Shown: positions 48,506-59,232, counted from the stretch's first letter. The stretch is 64,000 nt of DNA from Ruminococcus sp. (GCA_024697545.1 JAILFN010000034.1:14831-78830), one strand, 5' to 3'. The notes: a model not told the origin generated them from the sequence alone. Numbers and translations: made by a program.

Positions 48506-50596
48506 ATGAAAAAGGTCGGGAAAGGGATCGTTCGGCTCAGGGTGTTTATCCTGATACTTTCGGTAGTGCTTATGGTGCCGTCGGTGATAGGCGTTGCCAA
48601 GACGCATATAAATTACGATATTCTTTCATATCTGCCCAGTGATATCGAGACGATGAAGGGGCAGGACATAATGCTCGATGAATTCGGCAAGGGCGGCTTT
48701 GCACTTGTGGTCGTTGAGGATATGGAGCCGAAGGACGTAGCAAAGCTCAAAAAGAAATTCGAGAAGGTGCCCGCGGTCGGGGAGGTGCTTTGGTATGACG
48801 ACATCGCTGACGTTTCGGTGCCCGTTGAGATACTCCCCGATGACATATACGATGTGTTCAACAGCGGCAACGCTACCATGATGGCGGTCTTTTTCGACAA
48901 GGCTACATCATCCGACGAATCGCTCGAAGCTGTCGTCAAGATGAGGAAGATCGCAGGCGAGCAGTGCTTTATAAACGGTATGACGGCGATAGTCGAGGAC
49001 ATAAAGGACCTGACCATGAAAGAGACTACGGCTTATGTGCTGATAGCCGTTGTGCTCACGAGCATAATACTCGCCGTTACGATGGACAGCCTGCTGATAC
49101 CCGTATTCTTCATGTGCTCGACGGGCATGGCGATACTTTACAACCTCGGCAGCAACATAATGCTGGGCGAGATATCCTTTATAACCCAGGCGCTGACGGC
49201 GGTGCTGCAGCTGGCAGTCACCATCGACTACTCCATATTCCTATGGCACAGCTACAAGGAGCAGAAGAAGAACTTCTCAGACAACCGCGAGGCTATGGCA
49301 GAGGCGATAGCGCAGACTATCGGCTCGGTCTCATCAAGCTCCATCACTACCGTTGCGGGCTTCGTGGCACTCTGCTTTATGAGCTACACGCTGGGGCTTG
49401 ATATGGGTATCGTTATGGCAAAGGGCGTTATGATAGGCGTGCTGTGCTGCGTGACGGTGCTGCCTTCTATGATACTCATCTTTGACAAGGCGCTGACAAA
49501 GACGATACACCGCGACATCATCCCCTCGATGGATAAGCCTGCGGCATTCATAATAAAGCACCACAAGGCTTTCATCGCGGGATTCCTGATATTACTTGCA
49601 CCCGCGGTCTACGGTCAGATACACACCGCCGTTTACTACAACCTTACAGACACCCTGCCGCAGGATCTCAACAGCGTTGTTGCCAACACAAAGCTCAAGG
49701 AAGACTTCGGCATAAACACCTCGCACATACTTATGTGCAGCTCTGACATGGAGCACAAGGAAGTTATCAGGATGCTCGATGAGATGGAGCAGGTCGATGG
49801 CGTAAAGATGACCATATCCTTCGACAAGCTTATAGGCTCTTCGATACCCGAGGAAGCTGTTCCCGACAGGCTCAGGAACATCCTGAAGGAGGGCGACTGG
49901 CAGATAATGCTCATAGGCTCCGACTACAAGGTCGCAAGCCCTGAGGTAAATGAACAGATAGACGCCCTCTCGGGCATACTGAAAAAATATGACAGCCGCG
50001 GAATGCTCATAGGAGAAGCGGCGGCGACAAAGGATCTTATCGACATCACCGACCGGGATTTCAAGGTGGTAAACACCGTATCCATCGCGGCGATATTCGT
50101 AATAATCCTTATCTCGCTGAGATCCTTTACCCTGCCTGTGATACTGGTAGCGGTGATAGAGTTCGCGATAACGGTGAATATGGGTATCCCGTTCTACACG
50201 CACACGACCATACCCTTTATAGCATCTGTCGTCATAGGCACGATACAGCTGGGCGCTACCGTTGACTATGCGATACTCATGACCACCCGCTACAAGGCTG
50301 AGCGCATCGCAGGGGTGCAAAAGACTGAGGCTGTTACCATTGCGCTCTCGACCTCTATGAAATCCATAATCGTTTCGGCGCTCGGGTTCTTTGCTTCTAC
50401 ATTCGGCGTAGGGCTTTATTCAAGCGTTGATATGATATCGCAGCTCTGCACGCTCATGTCGCGCGGCGCTTTGATAAGCATGGTGGTAGTAATATGCGTT
50501 CTGCCTTCGATGCTGATGCTTTTTGATAAGGTCATAATGAACACGACATCGGGCATGAGAAAGGCATACAAGATAGAGAAACTCAGAACAGCTTGA
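48506..50596 (+). CDS. MMPL/RND family transporter
   Basis: Two repeats of 1+5 TM; LAVTIDYSIFL and LGATVDYAIL motifs. Confidence 0.88.
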   Translation: MKKVGKGIVRLRVFILILSVVLMVPSVIGVAKTHINYDILSYLPSDIETMKGQDIMLDEFGKGGFALVVVEDMEPKDVAKLKKKFEKVPAVGEVLWYDDIADVSVPVEILPDDIYDVFNSGNATMMAVFFDKATSSDESLEAVVKMRKIAGEQCFINGMTAIVEDIKDLTMKETTAYVLIAVVLTSIILAVTMDSLLIPVFFMCSTGMAILYNLGSNIMLGEISFITQALTAVLQLAVTIDYSIFLWHSYKEQKKNFSDNREAMAEAIAQTIGSVSSSSITTVAGFVALCFMSYTLGLDMGIVMAKGVMIGVLCCVTVLPSMILIFDKALTKTIHRDIIPSMDKPAAFIIKHHKAFIAGFLILLAPAVYGQIHTAVYYNLTDTLPQDLNSVVANTKLKEDFGINTSHILMCSSDMEHKEVIRMLDEMEQVDGVKMTISFDKLIGSSIPEEAVPDRLRNILKEGDWQIMLIGSDYKVASPEVNEQIDALSGILKKYDSRGMLIGEAAATKDLIDITDRDFKVVNTVSIAAIFVIILISLRSFTLPVILVAVIEFAITVNMGIPFYTHTTIPFIASVVIGTIQLGATVDYAILMTTRYKAERIAGVQKTEAVTIALSTSMKSIIVSALGFFASTFGVGLYSSVDMISQLCTLMSRGALISMVVVICVLPSMLMLFDKVIMNTTSGMRKAYKIEKLRTA

Positions 50597-50626
50597 TATT
50601 TTATGATATGGAAAGGTCTGATAGAT

Positions 50627-53600
50627 ATGAAAAACTATACCAGAGTATTTGCGGGACTCGTAGCGCTGCTGATGGCAGCAGGCTCTACGGGAATGTTCGC
50701 TTATGCAGCGGACGCAAGTGCTGCGGCCGTCGGCACTCTTGTGAGCGGGCAGGATAAGGACGGCAGTACAGAAGCTGCCGATAACAAGGCGGAGCAGGCA
50801 AAGACGACCGACGGATTCAGGAAGGATGAAACTGTATACGTCATCACCGATGCTAACGGCAAGCCTGCAAAGAAGGTCGTCACCTCGCATCTGCTCAATC
50901 CCGACGGCAAGGACACCATACCCGATGCTTCCGACCTTACCGATATCGAGAACACCAAGAACGATGACGGCTTCACGGGCTCGGGAAGCAGCATGAACTG
51001 GAACGCGGGCGGAGATGATATCTATTACAAGGGTTACAGCGACGCGGCTCTTCCCGTTGATATCGCCGTCAGCTACAAGCTGGACGGCAGGAGCATTTCT
51101 CCCTCCGAGCTTGCGGGCAAGAGCGGCAAGGTCACGGTGAGATACGATTACACCAACAATTCCAAAAAGACAGTAAAGATAGACGGCAGGAACGTCACCA
51201 TGTACACCCCGTTCCTTATGGCAACGGGAATACTCCTCGACGGCGAAAGATTCAAAAACGTTGAGGTCACAAACGGCAAGGTGGTCAGCGAGGGCGAGCG
51301 TGAGATCGTCATAGGCTATGCCCTGCCGGGACTGAAAGAGAGCCTCGGGCTTGAGGACAACGGAGATATCGAGATACCCGAATATTTTGAGTTCTCAGCA
51401 GACGTTACTGATTTTGAGATGAAGACTTCACTGACGGCTGCAAGCACCGATGTGTTCGCAGACCTGGAGCTCGGAGATGTTGACAGCATCGACGACCTGA
51501 AAGACGAGCTTGACAAGCTAAGCGACGCTGCCGATCAGCTTGCCGACGGAACCAAGGAGCTGTACAAGGGCTTGAAGACATTGAACTCAAAGTCGGGAGA
51601 CTTAAAGAGCGGCGTGGATAAGCTTTACAACGGCGACAAGAAGCTCAACGACGGCATACAGAAGCTCGCGAAGTCCGCACCCGAGCTGGGCAGCGGCGTG
51701 AACGCCCTTGATGAAGCGGCAGGAAAGCTCGCGGCAGGCATAAGCTCTGCAAGGGCGGGCGCCGACAAGCTCGCTGCGGGCGCAGGCACGCTTTCGGACG
51801 GTGCGAAGGATCTTAAAAAGGGATCGGGTGAGCTGTCCGACGGCGCTGGCAAGCTTAAAGACGGTGCCAAGGAATACAAAAAGGGCGTAAAGACTCTGTC
51901 AGAGGGTGCAAAGAGTACCGCCGACGGTGCTGCGGCTCTGGCTTCGGGCACCGAAAAGCTCAAAGCGGGTGTTAAGACCGTGGCGGACTCCACATCGGCG
52001 CTGACCGACGGCATAGCCTCCGCTAAGGACGGTGCCGACAAGCTGGCGGCAGGGCTGGAGCTTGCGACCGAGGGTGCGGGCAAGCTGAAAAAAGGCTCGT
52101 CCGAGCTTTCAAAGGGACTCGACAGCGCCGACGAGGGTGCACAGTCGGTCAAGGACGGCGCAAAAAATCTCGCCGACAGCACCGCAAAGCTGGCGACGGG
52201 CGCGGACACGCTGAACGCAGGCGCTGCAAGCGTTTCGGGCGGCGCGGCTTCTCTCTCGGAAAATGCCGACACACTAAGCAGCTCTGCAAAAACGCTCTCG
52301 GGCGGGATATCCAAGGCAAAAAAAGGCGCGGACGATCTTTCGGCAGGCGCTTATCAGCTCAAAACGGGCATAGACAGCCTTTACACCGCGGCTTCGGCTG
52401 TACCCGCACAGCTTGACGGAGTATCGGATACCCTTTCGGCGACCGAGGCGGAGCTTATGTCCTCCATCGCGGACGATCAGGCTGCCCTCGCGGCATTGCA
52501 GGCGGTGTCCACAGATGAGGAGATCCCCGAGATAGCCGCGGCGATCTCGAACCTTGAACACTCGATAGCCCAGCAGCAGTCTACTCTCGCGAGCATTCAG
52601 GCAGCTTCGGGCACGGTAAGTGCGGACGTTTCGGCTGTCACCGCGGGCGCGGAGGCTTTGAAGTCGGGGGCTAAGTCGGTATCTGACGGCGCCGCATCGC
52701 TTGCGGGATCAATGGCAACGCTGAACGAGGGCGGCAAGGCACTTTCCGACGGTGCGGCAGCACTGTCAAAGGGTGCAAAGACCCTCGCGGCGGGCGCACA
52801 GAATGTATCGGCGGGCGCTTCACAGCTGAAAAGCGGCTCGGCACAGCTGAGCAGCGGCGCTTACACACTTTCGAGCGGCACAGAAAAGCTCGGCGACGGG
52901 ATATCCTCGGCAAACACGGGTGCTGCCGCAGTCGATGAGGGCGTGGGCGCTCTGCACGAGAACCTCGGCACCATCACCGAAGGCGCGAAGTCGCTTAGCG
53001 AGGGACTCGGGACTCTCGACGCTGGCGCGAAAAAGTACGCCGCGGGCATAACCACCGTCTACGAATCAGTGGCAGCGCTCGACACGGGCGCAGATGCTCT
53101 GGCAGACGGCAACAAAAAGCTCGCGGACGGCGCACAGCTTCTCTATGACAACACGGGAACGCTCGTGAGCGGCATCATAGAAGTCTCAAAGGGCGCCAAG
53201 GCTCTCGACAAGGGCGCGGGGCAGCTCTCCGACGGCGCAAAGACCCTTGCGGACGGTGCAGATGAGCTGGGCGGCGGCATGGCTCAGCTCGACGACGGCG
53301 CGGGGCAGCTCAAAGCGGGCACCGCGAAGCTCAACAGTGCTATCGGCGAGGTCGTAAGCGGCGCAGGCGAGCTTTCGGCAGGCTCACAGACGCTGTTCGA
53401 CGGCGTGACCACACTCCACAGCAGCACGGCTCAGCTGGTAGAAGGCATAAACAAGCTGACAGCGGGCGGCAAGAAGGTCAACGACGGCATGAGCAAGTTC
53501 AAGAAGGAAGGCATTGACAAGATCTTTGACGCTTACAACGGCGACCTGAAGCCGCTGCTCGACAGGCTCGGAAAGCTATCCGACCTCAGCCGCGACTACG

Positions 53601-53686
53601 GAAGCTTCTCGGGTGCCGCTGAGGGCACCGAGACCGATGTCAAGTTCATCTACGAAGTTGCAGCGATAACCTCAGACGAAGAATAA
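50627..53686 (+). CDS. secreted protein with long xxxLxxG heptad repeats (YhgE/Pip-like rod)
   Basis: Signal peptide; KDETVYV...LAGKSGKV head domain; hundreds of residues of GAxxLxx heptads; start ATG 50627. Confidence 0.8.
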   Translation: MKNYTRVFAGLVALLMAAGSTGMFAYAADASAAAVGTLVSGQDKDGSTEAADNKAEQAKTTDGFRKDETVYVITDANGKPAKKVVTSHLLNPDGKDTIPDASDLTDIENTKNDDGFTGSGSSMNWNAGGDDIYYKGYSDAALPVDIAVSYKLDGRSISPSELAGKSGKVTVRYDYTNNSKKTVKIDGRNVTMYTPFLMATGILLDGERFKNVEVTNGKVVSEGEREIVIGYALPGLKESLGLEDNGDIEIPEYFEFSADVTDFEMKTSLTAASTDVFADLELGDVDSIDDLKDELDKLSDAADQLADGTKELYKGLKTLNSKSGDLKSGVDKLYNGDKKLNDGIQKLAKSAPELGSGVNALDEAAGKLAAGISSARAGADKLAAGAGTLSDGAKDLKKGSGELSDGAGKLKDGAKEYKKGVKTLSEGAKSTADGAAALASGTEKLKAGVKTVADSTSALTDGIASAKDGADKLAAGLELATEGAGKLKKGSSELSKGLDSADEGAQSVKDGAKNLADSTAKLATGADTLNAGAASVSGGAASLSENADTLSSSAKTLSGGISKAKKGADDLSAGAYQLKTGIDSLYTAASAVPAQLDGVSDTLSATEAELMSSIADDQAALAALQAVSTDEEIPEIAAAISNLEHSIAQQQSTLASIQAASGTVSADVSAVTAGAEALKSGAKSVSDGAASLAGSMATLNEGGKALSDGAAALSKGAKTLAAGAQNVSAGASQLKSGSAQLSSGAYTLSSGTEKLGDGISSANTGAAAVDEGVGALHENLGTITEGAKSLSEGLGTLDAGAKKYAAGITTVYESVAALDTGADALADGNKKLADGAQLLYDNTGTLVSGIIEVSKGAKALDKGAGQLSDGAKTLADGADELGGGMAQLDDGAGQLKAGTAKLNSAIGEVVSGAGELSAGSQTLFDGVTTLHSSTAQLVEGINKLTAGGKKVNDGMSKFKKEGIDKIFDAYNGDLKPLLDRLGKLSDLSRDYGSFSGAAEGTETDVKFIYEVAAITSDEE

Positions 53687-53719
53687 TACCGCATTTTACT
53701 GTATCATACCATATCATAG

Positions 53720-53762
53720 CAAAGGCACCGCACGGCAAAGCTCCGTGCGGTGCCTTTGTTTC
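53720..53762 (+). terminator. intrinsic terminator
   Basis: CAAAGGCACCGCACGG/CCGTGCGGTGCCTTTG perfect stem. Confidence 0.75.
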
Positions 53763-53846
53763 ATAAGCATAAGCCGCCGCAAAAAAAATGCCGCACCGCA
53801 GTGCAGCATTTTTTGTTCGTTATAGATATTCCGTGAGCCGCAAAGC

Positions 53847-54155
53847 TCATTCGTCCTGTCCGCCGCTCATGGAAGCCAGAACAACTCCAGTAATAAGCCC
53901 GACGACAGCACCGCATACTATGTAGTATATGCCGATGCCCGCTTTCGTAACGAAAGCCGCAGCGCCGGTTATCAGTACCGTCAGCAGTATGCCCGCAGTG
54001 AGCATCGCACCGCGCCGCGCCTTTGTCGGCAGAAGCTTTTTCGCAAGCCTGCCGCGGCGGTCGGCAAGTCGGTATATCAGCTGCATACCCGCCATCGGGA
54101 GGATTATTTCCGCCGCAGCGGTCAGCAGCGTTTCAGGCGGCAGATCGGATAGCAT
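53847..54155 (-). CDS. small hypothetical membrane protein
   Basis: About 100 aa with 3 hydrophobic segments; starts at the serA stop. Confidence 0.5.
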   Translation of the reverse strand: MLSDLPPETLLTAAAEIILPMAGMQLIYRLADRRGRLAKKLLPTKARRGAMLTAGILLTVLITGAAAFVTKAGIGIYYIVCGAVVGLITGVVLASMSGGQDE

Positions 54156-54157
54156 TA

Positions 54158-55312
54158 TCAAAGAACTCTTACTCTTACAACGCCGTCGATAGCCTTGATA
54201 GCGTCGATGTCAGCAGCACCTGTAACGTCGAGCATGGTGCAGCTCCAGTCCTTCTTGGACTTGTTTACCATGTTCTCGATGTTAGCGCCCTTGTCAGCAA
54301 CAGCGGTAGTGATCTTTGAGAGCAGAGCGGGAACGTTCTTGTGCAGTACGCATACGAGAGTGTCGCCGGTCTTTGCAAGCTCAACGTTCGGGAAGTTCAC
54401 GCTGTTGAGGATAGTGCCTTTCTCGATGTAGCCGATGAGCTCGTCAGCTGCCATCTTAGCGCAGTTGTCCTCGCTCTCCTCGGTGGAAGCGCCCAGGTGA
54501 GGGATAGCTACAACGCCGTCAACGCCCAGAACCTCATCAGAGGGGAAGTCAACTACATATCTTGCTACCTTGCCGCTGCCCAGAGCTTCAACGATAGCCT
54601 CACCGTTTACCAGCTCGCCGCGAGCGAAGTTCAGGATACGAACGCCGTCCTTGCAGAGGGCGATGGTGTCCTTGTTGATGGTGTCCTTGGTCTCAGCGTT
54701 GAAGGGAAGGTGCAGGGAGATGAAGTCGCTCTCTGCATAGATATCATTGATGTTAGATGTTACCTTTACCTGAGGCTTCAGGTTGAGGGCTGCATTAACG
54801 GACAGGAAGGGATCATAGCCGATAACTTCCATGCCGAGGGAGATAGCGATGTTTGCGAGCTTGCCGCCGATAGCGCCGAGACCGATCAGACCGAGGGTCT
54901 TGCCGGTGATCTCGATGCCTGCAAAGTTGGACTTGCCTTTTTCAACGAGCTTGCCTACCTCAGCGCCCTGACCCTTTAAGGTCTTAGCCCAGTCGATAGC
55001 CTCGGGGATCTTTCTGGAAGCGAGAAGCAGACCGCAAACAGCCAGCTCCTTAACAGCGTTAGCGTTAGCACCGGGGGTGTTGAAAACAACGATACCCTGC
55101 TCAGCGCACTTGTCAACGGGGATGTTGTTAACGCCCGCACCTGCTCTTGCGATAGCGAGCAGCTCAGAGCCGAACTCCATATCGTGCATCTTTGCGGAAC
55201 GCACCATGATACCCGTGGGGTTCTGGGCAGCGTCGCCTACGGTGTAAGCAGCCTTGTCAAACTTATCGGTGCCGCAGGCAGCGATCTTGTTCAGTGTCTG
55301 TATATTGTACAT
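54158..55312 (-). CDS. serA: D-3-phosphoglycerate dehydrogenase
   Basis: RAGAGVNNI, NTPGAN, GLGAIG, NFARG, PHLGAST, C-terminal ACT domain; downstream of serC. Confidence 0.92.
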   Translation of the reverse strand: MYNIQTLNKIAACGTDKFDKAAYTVGDAAQNPTGIMVRSAKMHDMEFGSELLAIARAGAGVNNIPVDKCAEQGIVVFNTPGANANAVKELAVCGLLLASRKIPEAIDWAKTLKGQGAEVGKLVEKGKSNFAGIEITGKTLGLIGLGAIGGKLANIAISLGMEVIGYDPFLSVNAALNLKPQVKVTSNINDIYAESDFISLHLPFNAETKDTINKDTIALCKDGVRILNFARGELVNGEAIVEALGSGKVARYVVDFPSDEVLGVDGVVAIPHLGASTEESEDNCAKMAADELIGYIEKGTILNSVNFPNVELAKTGDTLVCVLHKNVPALLSKITTAVADKGANIENMVNKSKKDWSCTMLDVTGAADIDAIKAIDGVVRVRVL

Positions 55313-55338
55313 TTCGATCATACCTTTCTGAAATATTG

Positions 55339-55545
55339 TTATCGATCAAAGTCATTCAGGGGAGTAACTATCGGTCTTCCGTTGGGGTCAAGCAGCGGGG
55401 TCAGTCCGCCCGCGTAACCGTCGTGGTTGAAAAGATAATTAACGCCCGTCATTCTGTCAACATATATTTCAACAACAGCCGAGGTCAATCCGTTTCCCTG
55501 CGAATAGACCTTTACAAATCTATCCTTGATCTTTTCCTTGCCCAC
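55339..55545 (-). CDS. DUF6440-like small protein
   Basis: IYVDRMTGVNYLF...GGLTPLLDPNGRP motif; GTG start with AAGGGGG RBS. Confidence 0.7.
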   Translation of the reverse strand: MGKEKIKDRFVKVYSQGNGLTSAVVEIYVDRMTGVNYLFNHDGYAGGLTPLLDPNGRPIVTPLNDFDR

Positions 55546-55619
55546 AAAATCACCCCCTTATAAATCGGCACAAGCGCAGACCGTAAACCGTTCTGCGCCG
55601 CACCGGATATCAATCTTGA

Positions 55620-56705
55620 TTACGAATTCTCAGCCTCGAACTTCTTCATGAACTCAACGAGCTTCTCAACGCCCTCGATAGGCATAGCGTTGTAGATGGA
55701 AGCGCGCATACCGCCGACAGTTCTGTGACCCTTGAGGTTCTCAAAGCCTGCTGCCTTTGCCTCAGCAACGAACTTCTTGTCAAGGTCTTCATTGCCTGTG
55801 ATGAAGGGAACGTTCATGAGGGATCTGTCCTCGGGAACAACGGTGCCCTTGAAGAGCTTGGACTGATCGAGGAAGTCATAAAGGATCTTAGCCTTCTTCT
55901 CATTGTGAGCCTTCATGCCCTCAAGGCCGCCCATCTTCTTGATCCACTTGAATACCTTGCCGCAGATATAGATACCGTAGCAGGGAGGAGTGTTGTACAG
56001 CGACTCAGCGTCAGCCTGTACCTTCCAGTCGCACATGGTAGGAGTCTGCTTGAATGCGGGACCGTCAGCGATGAGGTCTTCTCTTACGATAACGATCTGA
56101 ACGCCGGCAGGACCAACGTTCTTCTGTACGCCGCCGTAAAGAACGCCGTACTTTGTAACGTCAACAGGCTCGGAAAGGAAGCAGGAAGAAAGGTCTGCTA
56201 CCAGCTCATGACCCTTGGTGTTGGGGAGAGTCCAGAACTTGGTGCCGTAGATGGTGTTGTTCTCACAGATGTAAACATAATCTGCATCCTCGGGGATATC
56301 GAGGTCGGAGCAATCGGGGATATAGGAGAAGGTCTTGTCAGCAGAGGAAGCAACTCTTACGACCTCGCCGTACTTCTCAGCCTCAGCAGCAGCCTTCTTA
56401 GCCCACTGACCGGTGATGATGTAAGCAGCCTTGCCGTTCTTCATAAGGTTCATAGGAACCTCAGCGAATACCAGTGAAGCGCCGCCCTGTAAGAAGATCA
56501 CCTTGTAGTTGTCGGGGATATTCATCAAATCTCTGAGATCCTTCTCAGCTTCCTTGATGATCTCATCGTAAGCCTTGGAACGGTGAGACATCTCCATAAC
56601 CGACATACCGGTGCCCTTGTAATCGAGCATCTCGTCTGCTGCTTCCTTGAGCACTTCTTCGGGAAGTACAGCAGGACCTGCGCTAAAGTTATACACTCTG
56701 CCCAT
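55620..56705 (-). CDS. serC: phosphoserine aminotransferase
   Basis: YNFSAGPAVLP, MEMSHRS, QKNVGPAG, GHRTVGGMRASIYNA; start ATG 56705. Confidence 0.95.
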   Translation of the reverse strand: MGRVYNFSAGPAVLPEEVLKEAADEMLDYKGTGMSVMEMSHRSKAYDEIIKEAEKDLRDLMNIPDNYKVIFLQGGASLVFAEVPMNLMKNGKAAYIITGQWAKKAAAEAEKYGEVVRVASSADKTFSYIPDCSDLDIPEDADYVYICENNTIYGTKFWTLPNTKGHELVADLSSCFLSEPVDVTKYGVLYGGVQKNVGPAGVQIVIVREDLIADGPAFKQTPTMCDWKVQADAESLYNTPPCYGIYICGKVFKWIKKMGGLEGMKAHNEKKAKILYDFLDQSKLFKGTVVPEDRSLMNVPFITGNEDLDKKFVAEAKAAGFENLKGHRTVGGMRASIYNAMPIEGVEKLVEFMKKFEAENS

Positions 56706-57077
56706 TGTAAAAACCTCCGTTTTTAATATTGAAATTATGTAATTACCGACAGCCGTGCGGGGCAGGCTGTCATGAATATTTCCGCGCTTGAACTTGCAGA
56801 AATACACGATACAATATATATTATATTACTTTTCTCTTCCAAAGTCAAGTACTTTTATTATGCAAAATAAAAATTTGCATAAAAATTCAAGTTTTTTTCG
56901 TTTTCACTTGAAAAATGTTCGCGGGTGTGGTATAATAATCTAATAAGCGCCCGTTCGCGCCGGAAAAGTGAAAACAGCGTGAAAAACCGCGGTCTATAAG
57001 GGTTTTCGCGGCGGCGGAGCAGGCATTTTGCAGGGCAGAGAGCATCTTCCTGCATATTTTCATCTTTTGAAAGGACG

Positions 57078-58427
57078 GTGCTCGCCACGACATTCAAAAA
57101 TATAACGGCAGCCGCTGCGGCTCTTGCATTTTCTTTTATGACAGGCTGCACGGGGGTGAATCTTTCGGTCGAAAGCCTTCTGGCTGCGCCGAAGCTCACG
57201 GAGGAACAGTCGCTTATACACGAAGCGCTGATCTCTGCCGTCGGCAGGAACATCACACTGAAATACCCGAGGAGCGGTTCAAACCGTTCGGCTTACGTTA
57301 TAGCAAACGTTGACAGCGAGCCTACCGAGGAAGCGCTGGTATTCTATGAATACTCGGGTGCCGAGAATGAGGGCGTAAGGGTGAACCTGCTCGACCGACG
57401 CGAGGACGGCAGCTGGTACTCCGTCAAAGAGCTTGCGGGCATCGGCACAGAAGTGGACAAGGTCGTGATAACCTCATCCGACAGCGACAGCAAGCACGCT
57501 ATCCTCATCGGATATCAGGGCGTGACGGGCGATAATACCCTTGAGATATACTCATATTCGGGCGACGGTTTTCAGCGCATAGGCTCCGACAGCTATTCGC
57601 TGCTCGAAGCCACCGATATAAACTCGGACGGCTCGGAGGAGCTTGTGACCATACAGCGCACCGAAGACCCCGACACCGCGGCAGTTACCGCAAAGGCGTT
57701 CCTGCTCAAGATAGAAAACGGCGAGATCATCAAGGACGACGGCATAGATATGTGCCCTGGTGTGACATCATATCCCGCCGCGCACACGGGAAAGCTGCCA
57801 GGCGGCGACCCCGCGGTATACGTTGACGGACTTACCGCCGACGGCACGCTCATAACCGAGATCGTTTATTTCCGCTACTCGTCGCTTCAGGACCCCATGC
57901 AGCTCAGGAGCGAAAAGCTTCTGCCGCTTTGCACGCGGCCTTCGGGATACAGCTGCACCGACATCGACGGCGACGGGGTGTATGAGATACCCTCGGTCAA
58001 GCCGATGCTGGGATATGAAGACGCCGTCACCGAAGAGCAGGTCATGCAGACAACATGGAGCGTGTATGAGGATTTCTACACTCTGGCGCCCAAGCTTTCG
58101 GGCTACTACTCCGTCGCGGACGGCTACACCGTCGCATTCCCCTCGCGCTGGAACGATATGGTGACCGTCAAGACCGATGCCGAGACAGGTGAGACGGTGT
58201 TTTACAAATATGAAGGCAACATCAACAGCGATATGGCAGAGCTCATGCGGATAAAGACCGTCACGCGCGAGGAGACAGACAAGTTCCTGCACGACGGCTA
58301 TCAGCTCATCGAGACTGTCGGACAGCTCGATTATATAGTAAAGCTTCCCACCAACAAGCGCGAACCGCTGATACTTACCATAGACGAGGTACAGAACAGC
58401 TTCTATGCCGCGAGCACGGGGGAATGA
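57078..58427 (+). CDS. conserved hypothetical lipoprotein with FG-GAP/VCBS-like loops
   Basis: Lipobox MTGC; DINSDGSEELV and DIDGDGVYEIP Ca-loop motifs. Confidence 0.65.
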   Translation: MLATTFKNITAAAAALAFSFMTGCTGVNLSVESLLAAPKLTEEQSLIHEALISAVGRNITLKYPRSGSNRSAYVIANVDSEPTEEALVFYEYSGAENEGVRVNLLDRREDGSWYSVKELAGIGTEVDKVVITSSDSDSKHAILIGYQGVTGDNTLEIYSYSGDGFQRIGSDSYSLLEATDINSDGSEELVTIQRTEDPDTAAVTAKAFLLKIENGEIIKDDGIDMCPGVTSYPAAHTGKLPGGDPAVYVDGLTADGTLITEIVYFRYSSLQDPMQLRSEKLLPLCTRPSGYSCTDIDGDGVYEIPSVKPMLGYEDAVTEEQVMQTTWSVYEDFYTLAPKLSGYYSVADGYTVAFPSRWNDMVTVKTDAETGETVFYKYEGNINSDMAELMRIKTVTREETDKFLHDGYQLIETVGQLDYIVKLPTNKREPLILTIDEVQNSFYAASTGE

Positions 58428-58533
58428 CACAGCAAACGATACAGGACAACAAAATATACAGACTATTGAACGAAACGCACGGATGTGCGAGAACGTTTGA
58501 ATACAATATTTCTAAAAGAGAGGACTGGAACGA

Positions 58534-59232
58534 ATGAAAAAAGTACTTGTATGCGAAGACGAAGAATCCATCAGGGACTTTGTCGTTATAAACCTTAAAA
58601 GAAGCGGCTACGACGTGGTAGACGTAGCCTGCGGAGAGGACGCACTAAAAGCCTATGAGAACGAAGAGGGCGGCTTTGATGTGGCGCTGCTGGATATCAT
58701 GATGCCCGGCATCGATGGTATGCAGGTGTGCAAGAGATTCCGCGAACAGAGCGAGACTATGGGTATCATCATGCTCTCGGCAAAATCGCAGGAGATGGAT
58801 AAGATATCCTCACTCATGATGGGCGCCGACGATTATATCACAAAGCCTTTTTCGATATCCGAGCTCATCGCCCGCGTTGACGCAGTCTGCCGCAGAGTCA
58901 GCATGGTACACTCAAAGACCGAGACAGCTTCGGTCATCAACAGCGGTCCCTTCTCGCTCAACCTCAAGAGCCGCACGGTATTCAAAAACGGCACGCAGAT
59001 AGACCTCACACAGGTCGAATATCAGATAATGGAATACTTCTTCAAAAACCAGAACACAGCCCTTGACCGTTCGAGCATACTCAATCACATCTGGGGCGAG
59101 AGCTATTACGGCGACGACAAGATAGTAGACGTAAACATCCGCCGCATCCGCATGAAGATAGAGGACGAGCCTTCAAATCCCAAGTATATCCTTACTATTT
59201 GGGGCTTTGGCTATAAGTGGTCGGCGGGCTGA
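58534..59232 (+). CDS. OmpR/PhoB family response regulator
   Basis: EDE, LLDIMMP, GADDYITKPF, winged-helix VDVNIRRIR...TIWGFGY. Confidence 0.92.
   Translation: MKKVLVCEDEESIRDFVVINLKRSGYDVVDVACGEDALKAYENEEGGFDVALLDIMMPGIDGMQVCKRFREQSETMGIIMLSAKSQEMDKISSLMMGADDYITKPFSISELIARVDAVCRRVSMVHSKTETASVINSGPFSLNLKSRTVFKNGTQIDLTQVEYQIMEYFFKNQNTALDRSSILNHIWGESYYGDDKIVDVNIRRIRMKIEDEPSNPKYILTIWGFGYKWSAG

Noticed and set aside
51530-53500. Repetitive DNA as CRISPR or VNTR
   Set aside because: Repeats are at protein level (heptads) with divergent codons; no identical repeat-spacer pattern
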